DNA of 32,000 bases. Origin: Mycobacterium leprae TN. Lineage in GTDB: Bacteria; Actinomycetota; Actinomycetes; Mycobacteriales; Mycobacteriaceae. Each line of letters starts with the position of its first letter. The stretch's first letter is position 1. The stretch spans positions 90,001 to 122,000 of the forward strand of contig NC_002677.1 of the NCBI RefSeq assembly GCF_000195855.1, written 5' to 3'. The position numbers and the translations under genes are program-made. The notes below the pieces were generated by a model. It had not been told where the DNA came from. It ran no database searches and was given only the letters and a program-made list of their open reading frames with translations. Below are positions 18,901-28,875 of the stretch, one piece after another.

Positions 18901-19048
18901 GCTCGTTGATCTAGGCTGCATGCATTGCTCTGTCGGCGACAAATTGGCTAATAACGGCAGGTAACTGTGGTGGAGGCATCGGGTAATGTATAGCATTACT
19001 CTCTTTGTTGACCGTTTCGACGAAGCGCCGTCAGGAGCACTAAGCTAA

Positions 19049-19822
19049 TTGGCTGTGGAACCACTATACGGGACTGTAATTCAGTTTGCTCGCCTGCTCT
19101 GGCTGATTCAGGGTCTGAAGGTCAGTGTTCGGGGTATAGAAAACTTGCCGGCCAGCGGCGGGGCCGTCATCGCCATCAACCACACCAGCTACCTCGACTT
19201 CACTTTTGCGGGTTTACCCGCTTACCAGCAGGGCCTAGGGCGCAAGGTGCGGTTCATGGCCAAGCAAGAGGTATTCGATGGCAAAATTACCGGACCGATT
19301 ATGCGCCGCCTGCGACACATACCGGTGGACCGGCAAGAGGGTGCCGCGTCTTACGAAGCCGCCGTTAGGAATCTCAAAGATGGTGAACTCGTCGGCGTCT
19401 ACCCCGAGGCGACGATCAGCCGAAGCTTTGAGATAAAGGAATGCAAAGGGGGCGCAGCGCGGATGTCGGCGGAGGCTAGGGTGCCGATAATTCCGCACAT
19501 CGTCTGGGGTTCACAGCGGATCTGGACCAAGGACTGCCCCAAGAAGCTCCTTCGCCCGAAGGTGCCGATTTTGGTGCTCGTCGGCGAACCGATTGAACCA
19601 ACGTTGGGTGTAGCACAATTAAAGGCCTTGTTGCACTTTCGGATGCAACATCTGCTGGAACGAGCACAAGAGCTGTACGGACCGCACCCGGCTGGGGAGT
19701 TTTGGGTGCCGCATCGGCTGGGCGGGGGTGCCCCTTCGCTAATCAAGGCGGCTCGCCTCGACGCTGAGGAGGCAACCGAGAGGGCGGCGCGGCGCGCCCA
19801 GCGTGCCAAAGTAGCGGAGTAG
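19049..19822 (+). CDS. 1-acyl-sn-glycerol-3-phosphate acyltransferase family protein (PlsC-type), Rv3816c/3815c/3814c-like
   Basis: The HX4D motif (INHTSYLDF), the VGVYPEATIS block and PIIPHIVWG are present. The track uses a TTG start at 19049. An alternative GTG at 19055 gives MEPLYGTVIQ. Confidence 0.88.
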   Translation: MAVEPLYGTVIQFARLLWLIQGLKVSVRGIENLPASGGAVIAINHTSYLDFTFAGLPAYQQGLGRKVRFMAKQEVFDGKITGPIMRRLRHIPVDRQEGAASYEAAVRNLKDGELVGVYPEATISRSFEIKECKGGAARMSAEARVPIIPHIVWGSQRIWTKDCPKKLLRPKVPILVLVGEPIEPTLGVAQLKALLHFRMQHLLERAQELYGPHPAGEFWVPHRLGGGAPSLIKAARLDAEEATERAARRAQRAKVAE

Positions 19823-19828
19823 TTATCG

Positions 19829-20294
19829 ATGGCGATACCGGCTTTACGACACGTCAGAGTTCCTGGCTCAGCTGGTTGTCCTGGCCAGCGGAAGCCAGAC
19901 CACCTGCGTGAGCGAGGAGAATATCCCCGACCACGGTGGTGCCGTGAACCACACCAGCTATGTCGACTGGCTGCCAGCCGCGCTAGCGATTTCGCGTTGG
20001 CGGTTTCGATTCATGATCAAGGCCGAGATGCGACGGGTGAAGGTGGTTAATTTCTTGATCAAGTTCGCCGGCACCATCCCCCTGGACCGGGATGCCGGGG
20101 CGGGTGCCTTTGCCGTGGCCGTGCAGCGGCTATGCGCGAGGGAGCTGGTCGGCGTCTCTCCGGAGACCACCATCACCGGCAGTTTAGAACTCAGGGAATT
20201 CAAAACCGGAGTGGCCCGGATGATAGTGGAGGCTCCCAAAGCCGGGACCGACGGTGTGACGCCACTGGGCCATAGCCAAAGTGGCTCACGCTGA
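19829..20294 (+). pseudogene. Second PlsC-type acyltransferase paralog, frameshifted and truncated
   Basis: MAIPAL shifts frame to YDTSEFLAQLVVLASGSQTTCVSEENIPDHGGAV-NHTSYVDWLPAALA...GVSPETTITGSLELREFKTGVARM. The residues normally preceding NHTSY are missing. The reading frame ends after about 128 aa, against about 250 aa for the intact neighbour. Confidence 0.8.
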
Positions 20295-20328
20295 TCACCC
20301 CTAACTGGCTGCGGGGCGGTTTGTCTCA

Positions 20329-21174
20329 GTGACCGATACGACTAGGCCGGCTCCAACGCCGACCCAGCCAACGCTTATAGCCTGTGACGTTGACGGCACG
20401 TTGCTCGATGAGAACGAGACTGTAACCGCGCGTACCCGCGCCGCTGTACGCTCCGCCGTGGCCGGCGGAGCGTATTTCGTCTTGGCCACGGGCCGCCCGC
20501 CGCGTTGGGTGCGGCCGGTCGTCGACGCACTTGGTTTCCCGCCGATGGCGGTGTGTGCCAACGGTGCCGTGATATACGATCCTGCGACCGATCGGGTGGT
20601 ATCGGCGCGCACGCTGGCCGTTGACATCCTAGGCGAGTTGGTCGAGATCGCAACGCGCGTCATCCCTGGCGCGGGTCTGGCTGTCGAGCGTGTCGGTGAT
20701 CGCGCCCATGACAGCGCTACCCCACAGTTCGTCAGCTCGGTGGGTTACGAGCATGCGTGGCTCCACCCGGACAACACTGAGGTGTCGATCGAAGATCTGC
20801 TTAGCGTTCCGGCTATCAAGCTCCTGATCCGCAAGTCCGGTGCCCGCAGTGCGGATATGGCTGCCGAACTAGCCAAGCATGTCGGGATTGCGGGCGACAT
20901 AACCTACTCCACCAACAACGGTCTAGTGGAGATCCTGCCGCTGGGAATCAGCAAGGCCACCGGCGTCGAAGAGGTTGGACGGCCGCTAGGGATCGCGGAT
21001 GGCAACGCGGCGGCTTTCGGCGACATGCCCAACGACGTTCCGATGCTGCTACGGGCGGGTCACGGCGTGGCGATGGGTAATGCGCATCCCGCCGTGCTGG
21101 CCGCCGCTGACGAGATCACCGCCCCCAATACCGATGACGGTGTTGCCCGGGTGTTGGAACGCTGGTGGAGCTAA
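20329..21174 (+). CDS. Cof-type HAD-IIB phosphatase/hydrolase, Rv3813c-like, 281 aa
   Basis: HAD motifs are present: IACDVDGTLLD (DxDGT), LATGRP and AFGDMPNDVPML (GDxxND). GTG start at 20329. Confidence 0.88.
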   Translation: MTDTTRPAPTPTQPTLIACDVDGTLLDENETVTARTRAAVRSAVAGGAYFVLATGRPPRWVRPVVDALGFPPMAVCANGAVIYDPATDRVVSARTLAVDILGELVEIATRVIPGAGLAVERVGDRAHDSATPQFVSSVGYEHAWLHPDNTEVSIEDLLSVPAIKLLIRKSGARSADMAAELAKHVGIAGDITYSTNNGLVEILPLGISKATGVEEVGRPLGIADGNAAAFGDMPNDVPMLLRAGHGVAMGNAHPAVLAAADEITAPNTDDGVARVLERWWS

Positions 21175-21649
21175 CCCACTTGCCAGTGGATCTAGAAGTC
21201 ATACGCAGCCTCGGTTGTGGGAGACTGTCTGTGTTCTGGCATGCTGCCTTAACGTCCCGGTGGACCGCCAGTGGGATCAGAACAAGACCTGCCGGGCAAG
21301 CGGGTCAAGGCTAAAAACCACCATTAGCATTGGCCGGGTTGGCGGCAGATGAATGCTGGGGAAGAGTTCGCAGAACCGCAGCGGCAGGCCGAGCAGGTGC
21401 GGCTCGATGCGGAAGCCAAGCGGCGCCGTCGCAATGGGGTGCTGATGGCTCCGGTGTCGGGGTGGCGGGTTTTGGCGCGTTTAAGGTATTTGATGTTGTT
21501 GCAGCCTGACTCCACTGCCTAACCTAATGCGTTCAAGGGATCCTACCGGCCTGCTGGTGATTTGCAGGAAAGCTATTGACGACTTGCGTGAGCTTACTAA
21601 ATACGTCCGCTCACTCCAACCTCGGTCGGAAAAAGCTAACACCACCATC

Positions 21650-22900
21650 GGCAAGCCGCTGGATGGGCTGTCAGCGAGAAATGTTCGGGCGGTACTGTCG
21701 GTCCTCTGGGGGTTTGTGTTGCCGGCGTCGAGATCCTGTGGACTTGTGTCCGGTGGCGGGTCGAAGTTTGACGTTCCGTGCTGTAAGTTTTGCTGTGATC
21801 TCCAGCGGCTCTTGTATTTTCGCGCTAGTCGGCAACTCGACCTGGCCATGTTCGTAACTCGGCGAGGCCCAGGAATTGTAGATCGCATCGCTATCTAGCC
21901 CTTTGATCAGCTTATTATCCGGCGGGTCGTTGAATTCTGTCCTGGATTTCATCTATAAGTGCGTGGTCTGTATTGTCCGGTTAATCGATGTTGCCGGCGT
22001 CGCGATGGGTGAAGATGGAGAGCAAGGTCGCGGTGGCGTCAGCCGGAAAGGTGGTGTAGCGGTTCCCCGTTGATTCCAGTGCGACCGTGCCATTGGATCG
22101 ATCCGTCCCAGGCTTAGGCTCCAGCTGGGCAGTCGGCCTACGGTTCGGATTTGGATCGGCGTTGGCGCCATGTCGTCAAAGTCGCCGATCATGGCGACCC
22201 CGCAGGTGCTGTGATTGCACCCGCCAGTGTGGAAGTTCTTTGCCTGCTTAGTGAGCTTACCCGGCTATGTCCTCGAACACTTGGCCGTTATTTGTCGACT
22301 AGCGCGTTATGAGCGATGTTGCACCATCCCAGCGTTTTGCTGTGGTAAGTGTAGATCGCCTTGCCGATCCCGGGTCATTTCCACCACCGAATGTCATGGC
22401 TAGCCGGGGTTTGGTGCAAGACCGCGGCACCAACCCCGTAGTCGTGCTGCGAGTACCGCATCGCAGCAACTTGTCGGCTGCCCCATTCTGCGCGTCTGGC
22501 CAGCTTCCAGGTGACTGTTTCCTGGGTGGTTGGGTCCGAAGTCCGAAGTCAATTCCTTTGTGGTCGGCTTGTAGCTCAAGCGGTGTTTATCGGGCTTATC
22601 TGGTTTTTCGGCGCAGCGCTGAGTGTCCGGGTCACTGGACCGCATAGGTGGGACCGGTGACTGCGATTTGCATAGTTCTGGTGGTACTCCGATGAACACT
22701 GGATCTGTGCTGCGCGGTCTTTTGTTTCTGTCGACCGGACTTTGCACCTGGTGCTGGGGTAGACGGCCGTGATCTGATCTCATATTCGGCTTGGCACCAG
22801 GGCCTCCCAAGAACCACCAGGGCGTTTTGGGCGCACGCCGGGGCGGTGTTTCGAACTGGTTGGACCGAGAGCCCCTTCGCGTGCCGGATCCGCGCACCAC
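21650..22900 (-). pseudogene. Secreted N-acetylmuramoyl-L-alanine amidase (amidase_2/PGRP) plus LGFP-repeat protein pseudogene, Csp/Rv3811-like (boundaries approximate)
   Basis: The minus strand reads GKAIYTYHSKTLGWCNIAHNALVDK*..QVFE (22291-22360; compare yH...GW.DIgYn.lVd..G.vyEGR). It also reads LLSIFTHRDAGNID*PDN (21981-22010; compare GHRD...T.CPG). A relic of the LGFP-type 'GAIYWSPATGAH' motif appears as DAIYNSWASPSYEHGQV (ORF 21671..21952). Several stops and frameshifts are present. Confidence 0.65.
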
Positions 22901-23152
22901 TATACGGTGACCACGTTTCCACGATAGCGGTGAGCAACATCGTTAGGCTGTGGGGTGACACTAGTCCCGATATTACGTGTCCTTCATAATTATTATTTAT
23001 GAGACTATACGGTGTATGCGTACGGAATCTCGCTCAAAGCCTGCTTGTTGTTGGCCCCGTAGCCCCATAGTAAGGTTAGTTCCTGGGCGGTTTTTTGGTC
23101 GTTGGGCCAAGTCCGACCCTGCGGTGCCGTCAGGTGACAGGTTCTTCGACTG

Positions 23153-23863
23153 CTACGTGACAGGAATCAGTGATATCGCGGCCGGCGTTACTGAGCCCGA
23201 CAAGTCACCGGCTACGTTGCCGTTCTGGACGCCCTGCATGACCGCTGGCATCACCACACCCTTGATTAGGTCCATGACCTGGCTGGCGCCCAACTGGTTC
23301 GCAACTTTTAGCAGGTCATTTACAAGCTCACCGCTGCTGGTACTGATCGGTGATGTACCGCCCAACGTGGAGGGATCGCCGAGGATCGGATAGGTGCCGT
23401 CGGTGCCCGGGTCCAATGAAATTGGTGTGGTGATCGGTACCTCGCTGGGGCAGGTGCCACCCAGGTTCAGGTCCGGTGCGGTACATATCGGGCTGCCTGT
23501 CACAGGTGGTGTCAGTCCCGTGCCCGGCGCGGTGAGCACAGGTGTCCCTAGCTCCTGATTTGTCAGATCGGGGCTGGTCAAACCGGGAGTTCTCAGGCCA
23601 TTACCTGGATCATCGGTGCCAGTTAGCGAAGGCACCGGCGGTAGGTTGATGCCGAACTGCGACAGTCCCTGCGAGATCGCGTCCAGCACTTCTCCGGGCA
23701 GGTCGGCTATCGATGCTGCTTGTTTGAATTCATAGTGTTTGGCCGCGGGTTTGGCGCTCGCGGTCGGTTCGTAAACAAGGAAATATGCGCATGGACTGGC
23801 GATTGCTAGGGTGGCGACCGTGCTTATGGCTGTCGAAAGCTTGCATCGGCGTCGGTTCGGCAC
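23153..23863 (-). CDS. erp: Exported repetitive protein Erp/PirG homologue (M. leprae 28-kDa antigen), 236 aa
   Basis: MPNRRRCKLSTAISTVATLAIASPCAYFLVYEP... carries the signal peptide. The conserved blocks LSQFGINLPPVPSLTG and GASQVMDLIKGVVMPAVMQ are present. The central region is a degenerate P-x-L-T-x repeat. It matches my recollection of the M. leprae 28-kDa antigen. Confidence 0.93.
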   Translation of the reverse strand: MPNRRRCKLSTAISTVATLAIASPCAYFLVYEPTASAKPAAKHYEFKQAASIADLPGEVLDAISQGLSQFGINLPPVPSLTGTDDPGNGLRTPGLTSPDLTNQELGTPVLTAPGTGLTPPVTGSPICTAPDLNLGGTCPSEVPITTPISLDPGTDGTYPILGDPSTLGGTSPISTSSGELVNDLLKVANQLGASQVMDLIKGVVMPAVMQGVQNGNVAGDLSGSVTPAAISLIPVT

Positions 23864-24045
23864 GGAAGTCTCCTCAATCTGGACTATTTGTGTTGTCGGG
23901 CTTGCTTGCCCTCGACGTCTCGAGTGCGCAGGATTAGCCCCACACGGTTGATGGTACGAGTATGGTTAGTGTGACCAGAGTGGTTATATTGAATCGTGAG
24001 GTAATTGCGACCTTGAGTTCGCCACTCGATTACTGCCGTTGTTAG

Positions 24046-25370
<1,325 letters not shown>

Positions 25371-25371
<1 letters not shown>

Positions 25372-27302
25372 TGACTGCCGTGAGTCTGCTTGCCCGAGTC
25401 ATTTTGCCGCGTCCGGGTGATCCTCTCGATGTCCGCAAGTTGTATTTAGTGGAGTCGATCACCAACGCTCGGCGTGCGCATGCTTTGAGCCCCACCACGT
25501 TGCAGATCGGTGCGGAGTCCGAGGTATCGTTCGCCACGTACTTCAATGCGTTCCCGGCCAGTTACTGGCGCCGCTGGACTATCTGCAAGTCGGTGGTGCT
25601 ACGGGTTGAGGTGACCGGAGCTGGTCGCGTCGACGTCTACCGCACCAAGGCCAACGGTGCCCGCATTTTCGTCGAAGGCCGCGAGTTCGCCGGTGTTGAG
25701 GATGACGCCAGTAAGGCTCAGGTCGTGGAACTCGAAGTTGGGCTGCAGCCGTTCGAGGACGGCGGCTGGATTTGGTTCGACATCACCGCCGAAACCAGGG
25801 TAACCTTGTGCAGCGGTGGCTGGTACGCTACTTCCCCGGCTCCGGGCAGGGCCAATATCGCGGTAGGCATACCGACGTTCAATCGGCCCGCAGACTGTAC
25901 CAACGCGCTGGCCGAACTCACCGCTGACCCGTTGGTGGACGAAGTGATTGGGGCGGTGATCGTGCCCGATCAGGGTGTCCGGAAAGTGCGGGATCATCCG
26001 GACTTCCCGGAGGCGGCTGCCCGGCTGGGCGATCGGCTTTCCATTCACGACCAGCCCAACCTAGGCGGTTCCGGCGGCTATAGCCGAGTGATGTATGAAG
26101 CGCTGAAAAACACTGACTGTCAACAGATTTTGTTCATGGACGACGACATTCGCATTGAGCCGGACTCGATTCTGCGGGTTTTGGCGATGCACCGCTTCGC
26201 CAAGAGTCCAATGCTGGTGGGCGGCCAGATGCTTAGTCTGCAGGAGCCGTCGCACCTGCACATCATGGGCGAGGTGGTGAACCGATCGAACTTTATTTGG
26301 ACTGCCGCGCCGCACGCCGAGTACGACCACGATTTCGTCGAATACCCGTTGAACGACAAAGAAGACAAAAGCAAGCTGCTCCACCGGCGTATCGACGTAG
26401 ACTATAATGGCTGGTGGACGTGCATGATCCCGCGGCAAGTCGCCGAAGAATTGGGACAGCCGCTGCCGCTGTTCATCAAGTGGGATGACGCCGACTACGG
26501 TCTGCGGGCCGCCGAGCACGGCTATCCAACGGTCACACTGCCCGGCGCGGCGATCTGGCACATGGCCTGGAGCGATAAAGATGACGCCATCGACTGGCAG
26601 GCCTACTTTCATTTGCGCAACCGGTTGGTGGTCGCGGCTATGCACTGGGATGGCGACGTCACCGGCCTGGTCCGCAGTCATCTGAAGGCGACACTGAAAC
26701 ACCTTGCCTGTCTTGAATATTCAACAGTGGCAATCCAGAACAAGGCTATCGACGACTTCTTGGCCGGCCCGGACCACATCTTCTCGATTCTGGAATCAGC
26801 GCTCCCTGAAGTGCACCGTATGCGCAAGGAATACCCCGACGCGGTTGTCTTGCCAGCAGCCACTGAATTGCCGCCTCCTGTGCACAAAAACAAGGTGATG
26901 AAGCCACCGGAGAATCCGCTCTCTATAGTCTATCGACTGTTGCGCGGTATATTCCACAACCTTACTGCGGCAGACCCCGAATGCCACAAACGCCCGGAAT
27001 TCAACATACCCACTCAGGACGCGCGCTGGTTCCGGCTATGCACGGTTGACGGTGTCACCGTCACCACCGCCGACGGATGCGGCGTGGTCTACCGACAGCG
27101 TGACCGGGCCAAGATGTTTTTACTGCTGTTTTCCTCACTGCACCGTCAGCTTCAGCTGGCGCGTAGGTTCGACGAGCTGCGCAAGATCTACCGCGATGCA
27201 TTGCCCGTGTTGTCTAGCAAGCAGAAGTGGGAGATGGCGTTGTTGCCGCTCCCAGACTCTCCTACACGCTTCCCCGCCGAACAAGAGCCCGAGCATGCCT
27301 GA
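25371..27302 (+). CDS. glfT2: Galactofuranosyltransferase GlfT2 (GT2), 643 aa
   Basis: GT2 motifs are present: GIPTFNRP and ILFMDDDIRIEPDS. The length and sequence resemble Rv3808c. The ATG overlaps the glf stop (TAATG, 25369-25373). Confidence 0.95.
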
Positions 27303-27873
27303 AGATAAGGCGCCTACTGGCGAGTTGGCCGCTATCGCGGCTGTTCAGTCGGTGTTGGTTGACCGACCCGGTGTGCTGCCCACGGCACGAGGAATGTCGC
27401 ACTTCGGAGAACACAGCATCGGCTGGCTGGCGATATCATTACTTGGCGCGATCCTGGTGCCGTGCCGCCGTCGGTACTGGCTGGTGGCGGGGGCCGGCGT
27501 GTTTGCTGCACATGTGGCTGCCGTGCTGATCAAACGGATGGTCCGGCGTATCCGGCCGAACCATCCGGCCGTCACAGTGAATGTCGGTACACCCAGTCCG
27601 CTCAGCTTTCCGTCGGCACATGCCACCTCGACCGCAGCCGCGGCCATATTGATCGGTCGAGCTAGCAGACTGCCAAAAGGAATAGTTGCCGCGGTGCTAG
27701 TGGCTCCGATGGCGCTGTCGCGGATAGTGCTGGGGGTGCACTATCCCAGTGATGTGGCCTTCGGTGTCGTGCTCGGTGCCGCGGTCGCAGGTACTACCGC
27801 CCGTTTCGATAGCCGGTTATCACGCAGATGGACTGTCCAACACGGCCTCAGCTCGGGAAGTGCGGTCAAATGA
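27295..27873 (+). CDS. PAP2-family phosphatase, Rv3807c-like (decaprenylphosphoryl-5-phosphoribose phosphatase)
   Basis: The ATG at 27295 gives MPEDKAPTGE.... PAP2 motifs are present: KRMVRRIRP (KxxxxxxRP), FPSAHA (PSGH-like) and SRIVLGVHYPSD (SRxxxxxHxxxD). It overlaps the glfT2 3' end by 8 nt. The longer track ORF (from 27046) lies inside glfT2. Confidence 0.85.
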   Translation: MPEDKAPTGELAAIAAVQSVLVDRPGVLPTARGMSHFGEHSIGWLAISLLGAILVPCRRRYWLVAGAGVFAAHVAAVLIKRMVRRIRPNHPAVTVNVGTPSPLSFPSAHATSTAAAAILIGRASRLPKGIVAAVLVAPMALSRIVLGVHYPSDVAFGVVLGAAVAGTTARFDSRLSRRWTVQHGLSSGSAVK

Positions 27874-28778
27874 GCGAAGACGTGATGATCGGTTCTTCGG
27901 GGAACCTGGTCATCGGGGTGGTTAAGGCGATTCGCCCGCGGCAGTGGGTGAAGAACGTGCTGGTGTTGGCTGCGCCGTTAGCCGGTTTGGGCGGCGGCAT
28001 GCACTACAGATATGCTGAACTACTGACCGAAGTGTCGCTAGCTTTCGTGGTATTTAGTCTGGCGGCCTCGTCGGTGTACTTGATCAACGACGTGCGCGAC
28101 ATCGAGGCTGACCAGGAGCACCCGACCAAGAGGTTCCGCCCGATCGCAGCCGGCGTGGTGACCGAGTGGCTGGCCTACACTCTCGCAGTGGTGCTGGGGG
28201 TGGCCTCCCTGGTCGTTGCCTGGCTAATGACGCCAAATTTGGCACTAGTAATGGTGATCTACATTGGCATGCAGCTGGGCTACTGCTTCGGCCTCAAACA
28301 CCAAGCAGTGGTCGACATCTGCATCGTGTCGTCGGCATATTTGATCCGGGCAATTGCCGGCGGTGTGGCCACCAACATCCCATTGTCACAGTGGTTTTTG
28401 CTGACAGCGGCGTTCGGATCGCTATTCATGGTGGCCGGCAAGCGATATGCCGAGCTGCAATTGACCGAACGCACTGGAGCGGCGATCCGCAAGTCGCTGG
28501 AAAGCTACACTAGTACCTATTTGCGATTCGTTTGGACGTTGTCTGCCACCGCGGTGGTGATGTGTTATGGGCTGTGGGCGTTCGAGCGCGACCGCCACTC
28601 GGGGTCCTGGTTTGCGGTGTCGATGGTCCCGTTCACTATCGCTATCCTGCGTTACGCGGTGGATGTCGACGGCGGGTTGGCCGGAGAGCCCGAAGGCATC
28701 GCGCTACGTGACCGGGTGCTTCAGCTACTGGCACTAACGTGGGCCGGAACAATTGGTGCTGCTGTTGTCTTCGGCTAG
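27870..28778 (+). CDS. ubiA: Decaprenyl-phosphate phosphoribosyltransferase (UbiA family), 302 aa
   Basis: The ATG at 27870 gives MSEDVMIGSSGNLVIGVVKAIRPRQWVKNVLV. The UbiA motif NDVRDIEADQEHPTKRFRPIA is present. It is near-identical to remembered Rv3806c. It shares an ATGA overlap with the upstream stop (27870-27873). Confidence 0.93.
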   Translation: MSEDVMIGSSGNLVIGVVKAIRPRQWVKNVLVLAAPLAGLGGGMHYRYAELLTEVSLAFVVFSLAASSVYLINDVRDIEADQEHPTKRFRPIAAGVVTEWLAYTLAVVLGVASLVVAWLMTPNLALVMVIYIGMQLGYCFGLKHQAVVDICIVSSAYLIRAIAGGVATNIPLSQWFLLTAAFGSLFMVAGKRYAELQLTERTGAAIRKSLESYTSTYLRFVWTLSATAVVMCYGLWAFERDRHSGSWFAVSMVPFTIAILRYAVDVDGGLAGEPEGIALRDRVLQLLALTWAGTIGAAVVFG

Positions 28779-28875
28779 TCCCGATCTGACTGGTCTCACG
28801 GGCCCAAGGGGTCCGGCGATGCGGCGCCGAATGGTGAGCAGGCAGGTCGGTTGGCCGCTGTTTCCGTACCACATT

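Noticed and set aside
21349-21522. A 57-aa plus-strand ORF (MNAGEEFAEPQRQAEQVRLDAEAKRRRRNGVLMAPVSGW...).
   Set aside because: It has no ribosome-binding site, sits in the decayed interval after the HAD gene, and its Arg/Ala-rich composition is typical of random GC-rich frames.
26061-26702. A 213-aa minus-strand ORF, the longest unexplained ORF in the track.
   Set aside because: It lies entirely antisense to the well-supported glfT2 coding frame and has no recognisable motif. Long shadow ORFs opposite real genes are expected in GC-rich DNA. The same reasoning applies to 403-729, 765-1079, 2715-2975, 4103-4591, 4367-4789, 8701-9189, 10825-11521, 25599-26048 and 30313-30789.
27046-27294. Long N-terminal extensions of the PAP2 ORF (from 27046), the ubiA ORF (from 27828) and the aftB ORF (from 28753).
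   Set aside because: The extensions overlap the 3' ends of the preceding genes in other frames. Homology-supported starts (27295, 27870, and 28876 or 28819) give canonical lengths and ATGA/TAATG-type coupling junctions.
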